This document shows positions 40,344-49,852 of a stretch of 64,000 bases of DNA, one piece after another. The stretch's first letter is position 1, and each line of letters starts with the position of its first letter. A model generated the notes under the pieces. The model worked only from the letters and a program-made list of their open reading frames with translations, made no database searches and was not told the origin of the DNA. The translations under genes were made by a program, and so were the position numbers. This DNA comes from Caecitellus pseudoparvulus (lineage: Eukaryota > Protista > Bigyra: Bicosoecida): the NCBI GenBank assembly GCA_965644315.1, contig CBFFRQ010000018.1:806001-870000 (forward strand), given 5' to 3'.

Positions 40344-42751
40344 ATGGCGGCCTGCACCACTGAGCGGCAACGTCAACTGAAGAGTTTCATCCAGCAGCAG
40401 CCACCAGTGTGGTTCCAAGCGGGAGATGCACAGCGTGTGCTCAGTGGGGAAATAGCTGCAGCTGAACTGCCGGTCTACGTATGCAAGGTGCCATTCTAGA
40501 GCTTGGTGACCCAGCGGATTTTGCGTTGCAGCCAAGGCCCTGCCTCCCCGCCCACGCAGAACCCGGATGCTTGTCAATTCGATAAAGAGTCGATGGAGAC
40601 ACGTTGCTTCGAAGGGTGAGCTTTGCACTGCTCCGGTTGAATGCGCAGGCAAGCAGCCATCGCTGTGTGCCGTTGTCCAGGTACACTGGCCCGCTTTGCG
40701 GAGCGTGTGCGGAGGGGTTCGGGAAGTCCGGGGATTGGGCCTGCGAGGAGTGCATGCAGGAGTATGCCAACATACTCCTCTTGGTAACACTTGCGGTGGC
40801 ATTGGCCCTGGGCTTGCACAGGGTCTTTCGCCAGGTCGTGTTTCAAGTCCGTTCGAAGGCAGAGGAGGTCAGGAGCAGCGGCGGGAGCAAGGCTCTCATC
40901 ACCCTCAAGACGCTGCTGAGCTTCTTACAACTGTCAAACTTGATGCTTGACTTCAACTTGCAGTGGCCAGGTATGATAACAGGGGTGTTTGGGGCTTTCG
41001 GCGCTGCCTCGGGCTCTCTCGTCAACGCAGCTTTCCTGTCTTGCTTGCTGAAGTGGAACGAACGCCACCGGCACCTTGTCCTCATACTTGTGCCTCTGCT
41101 GAGCATCTGCATCCCGGGTATTGTTGTGTGTGTTGTGAAGCTTCTACACCGACGCAAGCTCGCGCAGTGGCAGCGACGAGAGAGCGGATCGACCGAGCCA
41201 CGAGGGGACGCACCCCGGCTGCGACTTTACGGTGTGCCGCCTGACACGCTCCTCTCCACCGTCGTTCTCCTGTTGCTGTACTTGTCGTACCCAAGCGTGT
41301 CAAGGCAGGCCTTGCGGAGCATTGTCTGCACCGACATTGGGGGTCAGCCACTACTTTCCTTCGACCTGACTGTCCCGTGTGACAACTCTCACACGCCATA
41401 CCGAGTGTTTGCCTGGGTCCAACTCGCCCTTATCTCCCTTGGCCTTCCCATTCTCTCCAGCGCAACCTTGTACTACAAACGTAGGGTGCTGCACACTGAG
41501 GAGGTGCGGCGTGTGTACCACTTCTTGTACGCAGGCTACAGACCGTCTGTGTACTGGTTCGAGTCTGCACGCATGCTGACGAAGCTCGCACTGTCAGCAG
41601 CTTCGACGCTGCTCGTCGACAGCTCCTATGGGGCACGAGCATTCTTTGGCTTGCTTACCCTTTTGACGGGGGCTGGGCTGCAGCTCCAGCTCCAACCGTA
41701 CTCCTCACAAACTCAAGGAAAGTTGGAGCTCGCATCAATCTTGCTGTGCTTCTTCTACTTGCTCTCTGGGCTGTTCTTTGCCGCAGATTCGGAACATGAA
41801 TGGGTTGCTTTTCTGCTTGTGTGTGCTGTCGTCGGTGCAGCTGTGGCTTTCGTGGGGCTTTGCCTCTACCTCATTGCTCTGGACCTGTGGCGGTCGGAGC
41901 AGGCCACGCGCCTTGCACGCGCCATGTCTGCCAGCCTTGGTCGCCACCGTCGACACACTGTTCAGGCATTTTCCAAGTTGGTCACCGAAGCGATGCAAGA
42001 GAGGACCTTATTTGGTCGTTTCATGGCCTGGAGCCAGCATCAATCGGGGCCGTGGTCCTGCAACGGCTCCGCGTGCAGGGGCGGTACCACAGCCAGAGGG
42101 GCGAACGAAGACGAGGATCCTCCTCTCAGCACATCTAGCGTGACGACGAATTGGGAGATTTACACGACTGACGAAGGGGATGTGTACTTCTACAATCGCA
42201 AGACATTGGAGACATCATGGGACAAACCAGACGAGCTCACTCGCATCCAAGCCGCATCGGAAGCTGCTGCAGAAGCGTGGATCATGCAAGCTTCTCGCTC
42301 AACGGGCCTGAGGACCTACTACAACACTGTTACCATGCTGCGGCAGGACATGAGGCCGACTTGCATGCCGCTGCAGCGCAACGAGTGCTGGAGCATCTCG
42401 AAGGACCCGGCCACTGGACTTCCCCACTTCTACAACAGCTTTGATCAGGAGGCGACACTGGTGCTGCCTCCTGATTTCGTCCCAACCCCAGAAGAAGCAG
42501 CTCAGTACGGGTGGTTTCTGGACAGTATGCGCATGGCACAAGGCGGAGGCGAACCGTCACCCGCATCCGACAATCCCATGCTTGCAGGTGACGCCGAGAG
42601 TCTGGTGAGCAGTGCTGCGCCAGAGGGCTGGCAGCGCGAGGTCACGGAAGAAGGATGGCCCTATTGGCATTCGGAGGAGACAGGCGAGAGCTTCTGGGAG
42701 GAAGACTTCTTCTCGGTGGGTCCAGGGGGCGCTTCAGCCGGCGGCCCGTGA
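40344..42751 (+). CDS. Cys-rich + multi-pass TM protein with four C-terminal WW(-like) domains
   Basis: Exons 40344-40487, 40560-40615 and 40681-42751 rebuild VYVCKNPDAC..RCFEGYTGPLCGACAEGF. About 8-9 TM helices with FLYAGYRPSVYWFE. WW motifs such as WEIYTTDEGDVYFYNRKTLETSWDKP (42151-42700). 5' end uncertain. Confidence 0.8.
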
Positions 42752-42762
42752 CGCAGGAAGAC

Positions 42763-44310
42763 TTACGGCAAGGCTCCCAGTGTCCGTAGCAGCACTTCGT
42801 CCGCATCTTGGCCACTCCGACGTGCAGCAGACCAGTCCACATAGGACATTGGTGCTTCTTTCAGCTCTGGACAAACAGAGCTGACGATTGAGGAGTGCAG
42901 CTGCACAACAGGGCGAAGCCCACGCATATGCTCTCCCTCGCTGGTGCTTTCGTGCGAGGCAGGCGTTCGAGCAGCAGGCGGGGCAAACAGAAAGTGCTGT
43001 GGGCCGTAGCATTGTAAAAACATCGCCATGTCTGGGAAATACAGGTGCTGGCAGAATGGCACCCTTCGTGAAGCATCAAAATGCATGAATCTGGCCCCCC
43101 GCTGTGCAAAGTGTGTCAGCGACAGGAACCGAGTGTGCACCTCTCCAAGCCAACTCGGGGGCTGGGAAGTCCAACCCTCTGGAGAGCCGCCAGTGTGCCA
43201 CTGCTGTGCTCTGGAGCGCTCAAGAAGGTGGACAGCTTTCTGCAGCGCGCTGAAAGCGGCTGCATGTTGCGCTGGCACGCCAGAACACGCAGAGCGGTCC
43301 TTTTGCGCACAGTGGTTGCGTGCCAAGAAGCCCGTCACGAGCGCCAAGACAGTTTGACGAGAGAGAGACTTGGCGGCGCGATTCAGCCCTTCGGGGTGGG
43401 CTTCCAGCATTCTTGCTGCATGCCAAAGGCACTCCTCTGCGGCGTGGCCGTGAGTATCCCACAGGTTCCCCACAGCCACAGCCTGAGCAAACAGCGCAGC
43501 ATCTTGAATAGACAGGGCACAGACCTTACCATCAACGTGGTGATTGATTATTGCCGCCACGAGTGGTGTGTCAGCCAGCCCAACTGCCACCTGTGCGTTC
43601 AGCGCACGCAGCGCCAAGCGAGGATGCATGGTCGCCACTGACTCCTCCAAACAGGGCTGCAACACCGCGAAACCACGTGTGAGGCGGCATCCGGCAATGC
43701 TAGCTGATTCGATGACGTCCACCATGTGGTTGAACAGCTGCGGCTCGTCCTGGGACAAGGACAGCTGCACAGAAGCTCGCTCAGCGGCCCAGAGCAGAGC
43801 GCGCAACGCTTGCCGAGTGCGAGGTGAAGCTACGTGAGGCATGAGCCCAGCAGCAACACGACATGTTGCAGCCACTGCATGCCACTCCTCGATTGGTGAG
43901 CTCTCAATTCGGCCCAGCACTGCCCGCAAATCACGCTCTTCAAGACCAGACAGCGGAAAGGCCAAGGCGGGCGGCATGGCAGGCAGCTTGGAGGGATAAG
44001 CAGCAGCTTCGAGCAAAGGCGCATCGAGCGCTTCCTTGCCACCTTGGAAGATGCAGCGATGGTGCCCAGGGCTTGAAGACGAGGCTGCCCAGTGTGTCAG
44101 CGCATCTACAAGTAAGGCCAGGGCGGCCAAAGCAGCCCCGGAGCCAGCCCGCACTTCAGCGTCCGCTGCCGCATCGATGAGGTTCCTGCCTACACAACTG
44201 TGCCACCTGCAGAAGACACCAGGAAATCGCTGTATTTGGCTCGGTACGCTTTTGGAGCGGGAGACTCGGCAACCAGCAACCAGCGTCCGAAGCACTGCCG
44301 GAAATTTCAT
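42763..44310 (-). CDS. Probable organellar RAP-domain (FASTK-like) RNA-binding protein
   Basis: Arg/Ser-rich, acid-free N-terminus resembling a mitochondrial presequence, a helical middle region, and a C-terminal RAP-like LYFPDMAMFLQCYGPQHF..PMSYVDW. Confidence 0.55.
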   Translation of the reverse strand: MKFPAVLRTLVAGCRVSRSKSVPSQIQRFPGVFCRWHSCVGRNLIDAAADAEVRAGSGAALAALALLVDALTHWAASSSSPGHHRCIFQGGKEALDAPLLEAAAYPSKLPAMPPALAFPLSGLEERDLRAVLGRIESSPIEEWHAVAATCRVAAGLMPHVASPRTRQALRALLWAAERASVQLSLSQDEPQLFNHMVDVIESASIAGCRLTRGFAVLQPCLEESVATMHPRLALRALNAQVAVGLADTPLVAAIINHHVDGKVCALSIQDAALFAQAVAVGNLWDTHGHAAEECLWHAARMLEAHPEGLNRAAKSLSRQTVLALVTGFLARNHCAQKDRSACSGVPAQHAAAFSALQKAVHLLERSRAQQWHTGGSPEGWTSQPPSWLGEVHTRFLSLTHFAQRGARFMHFDASRRVPFCQHLYFPDMAMFLQCYGPQHFLFAPPAARTPASHESTSEGEHMRGLRPVVQLHSSIVSSVCPELKEAPMSYVDWSAARRSGQDADEVLLRTLGALP

Positions 44311-44654
44311 GCTGTCGACGATTTCCGCATGTGCCTCGGCTCAAGGGGGAAAAGCACACCACAGACCATGCTGGGGTCGCACAGTGGTGTGTGGAGATTC
44401 CGGGGTGCAGCATTTGCTGGCCTGGTGTTTAATGAATACTGTCATTTTCACCTTTGCCGAGCGTTTCACGAAGAAAGATGTAAAAAGAGGAGCAGTGCCC
44501 CGTCCGAAGATACTTCATCCGGGACTAAGGCCTCCACCCCGACAGGTTCCACATGTAGCAGATCAACGCACTAAAAGGCGATTCTAGCGCTCCAATGTGC
44601 GCGATTTGCATTGTACAGGTGGGGCCAGACTCATTCGCTGCTGTACAGCGAGGC

Positions 44655-47600
44655 CTACTTGGAGTCACCAGCCGCCTGCTTTTCTCGACCGCCCCCACCG
44701 CCACCACGGCCACCGCGACGGCGGCCGCGACCGCGTCCGCGCCCTCGATGACCCCCGCGACCTCCTCGACCTCCTCTGTCGCCACGCCCAGCGTGGTCAC
44801 GTCCGCGACGAGATCGCCTGCCTCGAGTCTTCTTCCCACTCCCAGCCCCACCATGCGAATCGCTGTCAGCATCGGCAGCCTCGGCAGTCCCCACGGCCCG
44901 CCCTGCACGATCCCCAGGTGCCGGAGGTCGGGCGGATGCAGGCATACCTGGGGCGGCAGCGGCAGCGGCAGCTTGCGTAGTGCCCCCTGCTCGCATGGCG
45001 CCCTTGAAGCAGGCTTTGGCTTCGGCCAGGTGGCCCTTCCGGAGCAAGCGGCAAACTTCCCAAAATGCAGTGTCAGCCGCCCACCCACCAGCTGGGCGCG
45101 CCGTGAGCGCTGCGGGGAGCGCGGCAGCCAGCACCTTTTGCGACTCGCCATCTGGGCAGGCAAGCATGGTCGCGTCTGCCTCTGACGTCAGCGCCAGCAC
45201 TCGGACGAAGTCAGCCATGATGCGGGTGTGTCCGTCATCTTGCAAGACGCTGTTCAAGTCCCGCCCTTGCTCGAGGGGGTCCTCCAAGCTGAGCCTGTAC
45301 CGGCCGCGAACTGTGCCTTCCCAGCCACACGCTGCCCGGGTGAGCGAGTCCCGCAGCATGTCCCGCGGAGACATGCCCCCGCCACCGTCCATGTCCGGGA
45401 GCACGCTCAGGAAGTCAGACGTCATGCAGCTCTCTGGGCACTCCGTGTCGCGGGGCAGGAGGGCGCGGTCTCCCTCATCCCCGAAGCTGTGCGCCACCAG
45501 GGTCCGTGCACATGCCATGGACAGCGGGCTCCAGCGCGTTGCGTGCAACTGCAGTCCGCCCCCTGCGCCAGGGGCGGCGCCAGGCACCTCCCCGCGAATG
45601 CTGGCTGTGTAGCCGAGCGTCGAGCAGTGCAGCGTCATAACCTCCGCTGTGAAGCGCAACATGGCCAATGGAGTGCTGCAGACGGCGCCTGGCTCTGTGG
45701 CCCAAGAGCTTTGCAGGTGCGGTACCATGTCACTTGCTTTGTCCCAGTCGTCATCGGGGAAGGGTGCGCGAAACACATTGCGGTGCACGATCAAACTGTC
45801 CTTGGCCGCTTCTTTTGCTGTGTATCGCTCAGCTACAGGAATGCCTTTCTTTTGCGACTGCTTCACCGCTTTCAATGCCCTTGCGAACCGAACCTTGTCG
45901 CGAGTCAGGCACTTGGCTTGGTGCCTGGGCATGACCCGGTCTGAGGACAAGCCCACGTTGGAGCTGGCTTCGTACAGCATTGCCGTTCCTGCACGGGACT
46001 GGAAGTTCGGCGAGAGTCCCGCTCGCTGTGCGGCCCAAATGCCTATGACCACCCAGCTGTACGAGCTGAGAGTGCCCCATCGCGCCTGCGCAAGATCGCG
46101 GTGCTTGGCCCACAGCTTCAGCCCTAAGACAGACCGGCGCATGTCTGCTGTGGACATGCCGTACAGCTTCAACAGGCGTGTGTTGTACACGCCCATGCTG
46201 TTGTTGAAGCCGACATCGATCTCCATTCCAGTTCTCGAGTCAAGCCCGGAAACGATTGGGACTCGAGTGAATGAAATGCGTTGCAAGCTAGAGAAGCCAT
46301 CCCCCGTCCATCTGAGCGCGGAGAAAACGTCATCCAGTGGCTGCGAAGAGCGGCGCGTGAGAGGCAGTGATGTAGCACGGGATGGCAGGCGGGAGAGAGG
46401 CTCCAGTACATACCGCTGGATTTCCGCGGATGGAGCCCATGAGGCAAAGGTCTACGTCTGAAGAGGAGGTAGAGAAGCCGTTGCCACTGGAGCCGACAAC
46501 CGCAAGCTTGAAGTGTTTCGCCAGCTCGTGCTTTGGCACTTTGCGAACGACTCTTGAAGACCGCAAGACCTGCTCTACGTGCCGGCGCGTTTCCTCCACC
46601 ACTGCACTGATGTCTTTGACAGACGACAGAAGCCCAGAGGCAACCACATCTTCCGCCATCGCTGCGCCACCATCGGGGTGCTTGCCCAGCGCAGGTGGGA
46701 AGGGCATCTGGGGCACGGGAACTATGGGCGACACGCCGCCTTGCAATGCGCGGATGCGTGCAACAAGGAGGGACAGCATGAAGCCGAGGGCTGAGTGACT
46801 GGCAGCCGTGGACGCAGCGCTGATGGCCTGGAGGTGGTCTTGCGCGTCCCGTTCGAAATCGGGCAACACCGAGTGGAGTAGTTGACGCGTTGCCTTGTGA
46901 TGCACCTGGACGTCTGGAAACCCAGACCCTGGAAAGTGGTCTCTCGCTGCACGAAGAAGCTCCTGGACCTCCTCCGCGTCAGGAGCAGGGCCGGCAAGCA
47001 GCACGATTGGGAAGGCGAAGACGTCAGACCACATCACCCGGCAGCTGGCAGCGGCGGTCAGCGGGCTGGCGCTCGCAAAGTACGTGCAGATCTCCCTGGC
47101 AAGGGTGCGTGCAAGCGCATCCCCATCAATGCAGCCCTGCACAGAGTCAGCAGCGCCAGACCCCGGCAGAGTCGAGGGCATGCACAGAGCTAGCTCGGCC
47201 CATGTGCTGGTGACAATACCCGTGGGCGGCGTCGTTCCCAGCAACTGCGTGCGAAGCTGCCCCAGGAGCGACTTCTTATCACCAGCATCGTCTTCATCAG
47301 GCTCCGGGATGGCGTCCAGCTCAGGCACGAGGAGGTAGCGCGCCGTTGCCGATGCGAACAGGCCGTGGCACATTGACGCGCACGCCTCCTCAACGTCGCC
47401 AAGCATGGCGTAGAAATGCACGCCAGCCTGTGAGCCGCCCTTGCCGCCTGGGGCAGCTTCCGAAGGAGTAGCTTCGTCCGAGTCCCCTGCACTGCCCATG
47501 AATGCTGGGGGTGCTCGCAACAACGTTGGCACAGGTGGTAGCGGGATGACGTCGAAAGACTCAGCTGCGGTGTCTGCTGGAGAGAGAGGCAGCATGTCGG

Positions 47601-48201
47601 GAAACATGACTGTCGTGGCGGCAAGGTCCTGGTCTGTGTGCTCGGCGGGCAGGCGAGGCTGCAGTCCGACGGTGCATGCGGCAGAGATGAGAGCCCGGTG
47701 GACATGCCAACGGAGGACCTCTAGCAGTGCGTGCTTGGACACGCTCTGCAGGAGAAACGTGATGTCAGTATCATTGAACTTCACAGGCGTTGCCTTTGGC
47801 GTCTCACTTGCCGCTCCGCCCGACGCAGTGCTGCCGTCCCCACTCCCAGTGCCAGAGGCAGGTGTCGCTGCTGCTTGGGCAGGAGTCGGGTTGTGTCCAT
47901 GCTCTTGGATAAAAGGCTTGATCGCGTGTGCAAGTCCCTGCCACTCAGCTGGGAGACATGCCATCATGAGGGTGTACTCGTCCAGGGCTTGGGCATGCTC
48001 ATGCCCAACAATTGCAGCGAGTTGCAAGGCGTAGGCTGGAGGCGTGGTGGTTGGCGCAACCGCTTCCGCTACTGTTGGAGGCGAGGCGGGAAGGGCATCG
48101 AGCAGCTCGATAGCACACGTCGCAAAGCTAGAAAAGGAATCCTCTTCCAGCTTTTCCAGCTTCCGAACCAAGCCCTTCAGCTTGGAGGGGTCAACGGCCA
48201 T
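44655..48201 (-). CDS. Cid1/TUTase-family terminal nucleotidyltransferase with C-terminal RGG tail, 2 exons
   Basis: One intron at 46341-46413 (GTATGT..GCAG) joins two ORFs. Motifs VGSSGNGFSTSSSDVDLC, RVPIV, IDVGFNNSMGVYNTRLL, LKLWAK, GTLSSYSW, and PAP-associated LEDPLEQGRDL. Likely ATG 48201. Confidence 0.9.
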
Positions 48202-48308
48202 GGTGTCAAACTCCGCACTGGCACACACTCCTCCACTACGAGAGCGCCAATCGCGCCCAGGCTTACTCAGGGTGGACGGGGGAGCGGAAGCTACGCGTCT
48301 GGATGCAT

Positions 48309-49534
48309 TCAATGACGGGGAGAGCTTGTCAGTGTGTTTTTGATTTTGTCGTGGCGTTGGGGGTTGACACGGCCGCCGTCACCTCCACAGCGTGTCTTGT
48401 CATCTTGCTCGTGCAACAATGGAGAGCGCAACGGAGTCCGGGGGGGCTGCACCCCACACGGGCAAAGTGTGCACGAAGGGAGGGCATCCTTGGCCAGCAT
48501 GAGGCAGAATGCTGCCATCATGGTGATAACACCTGCGATCTGCAGTGTGTCCAGGTGCTCGCCCAGCCACGCCACGTCAATAAGTAGGTTCACGGGGATG
48601 CCTACGACGACGCCCATGGCCACGACAAGCGGATGCGTGACCGCAACCCCAACATTGGTCAAGATGTTGCTGACGAGCCCAAGCGCACCGGAAGCCAGGA
48701 GGGGTGCCCAGGGAATGGCTCGGGCTGCGACGCGAGGCTCAGCCCCCAGCCCAGCAAGGGTGAGAGGGATGACCCACCCCACGGCAATGTTCAAGGCCCC
48801 CAAGCACCCCATGTAGTACGCAGTCTCAGCTGGAAGCGCCTTGCCCAGATGCTTCCGAAGAGAGACGTTGTACAGCGCAACGCTGGCACCGCCGCAGACT
48901 GCCAGGACACTGCCCAGAGCAGAGGCGCCCCCTGCCGCCGTCCATGGCTGAGAGATGAGTGTAATTCCTCCCGCTGACGTCAGGGCAGCCAGAGCCGGCC
49001 AAAGTCCCGGGCGCTCTTTTAACAGACACAGAGAGAGCAGGTACACGAAGGAAGGCGACGCTGCAAACAAGCTGGTCGCCAGGGACACTGGGATGATGGC
49101 CAGGGCTTGGGTGTAGCAGTAGTATGTGGTGAGCCACATGACATACTGTAAGGCAACAATGCGCAGTTGGCGCCGCCAAGGCTGCTCCCACAGTCTGGGC
49201 ACCATCGGACCATTCACGTCAACGGCCAGGCCCTCCGGCTGCACCTGGCACTTCACGAAGGCGTGCCAGGGGAGGAACATGAACATGTTAAATAGCGTGT
49301 ATATCCAGATGATGAGCGAAACCGCATGCAGGTCGCCAGAGTCTGGGGGTGGAGGGTCTTGGCGGGGTGAGGGGGTGCGGTAATTGTTGCATCGTGACAC
49401 TCACCTTGAGCAACTCTGGAGTACTGTGCAGAGCCCGCCCACGTCCCAGCAATCGCAAGAATCATGCAAGCAGGAAGGGCAACGTTCCGGCACTGCCAGG
49501 GGTGTCCATTCCGAGTCTTTGCGGGCTGTTCCAT
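48309..49534 (-). CDS. EamA/DMT solute carrier, SLC35F-like, 2 exons
   Basis: Intron 49343-49404. About 10 TM helices. Motifs TWAGSAQ, YCYTQAL..SLATSLFAASPSFVYLLSLCLLKER, VAVTHPLVVAMG..GIPVN. Confidence 0.82.
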
Positions 49535-49852
49535 GGTGCCAGGGTTTCCCGCAACTCCTCAGCGCAGCGCCCGACTCTCGCCCCCTGCAGACCCAGCAAC
49601 ATGTAGGCACATGCGGCATGTAAACCCCCCTTGGGAAAATGGGTTTGTTTGTTAAACTGCTCCCCGCTAGATCCTGCACGAGGACGTCTCGGCCGCCCCC
49701 CGAAGCGTGGACGAGGCAGTGCAGCCTGCGCAAGTGTCGCTCGTCACGGTGGCAGGTTAGGCCAGACGGCACTTTTCACATGCACTGCACCCCCCCCCTC
49801 CACCGACGAGGACTCTGACGTGATTGCACCCGTCACCTCCCCTGCATTCATC

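Noticed and set aside
44340-44590. Short inverted repeats and a GCCTTTTA string resembling the U5 loop in an intergenic gap
   Set aside because: 7-8 bp stems are expected by chance at this GC content; the U5 loop consensus and Sm site do not match.
44525-45163. 212-aa alternative minus-frame ORF with a Val/Ala/Glu-rich tail
   Set aside because: It is a frame shadow of the TUTase RGG tail.
46286-46413. Apparent frameshifts splitting the TUTase (also CEP76, CCDC61, XRCC2, CMS1)
   Set aside because: All are resolved by short canonical GT-AG introns, so there is no need to invoke pseudogenes or recoding.
49530-49575. Partial TPP-riboswitch-like string (GGGCGC..GCTGAGG..ACCC) upstream of the SLC35F-like gene
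   Set aside because: The P4/P5 half (CUGAU..UAAU..GCG.AGGGA) is absent.
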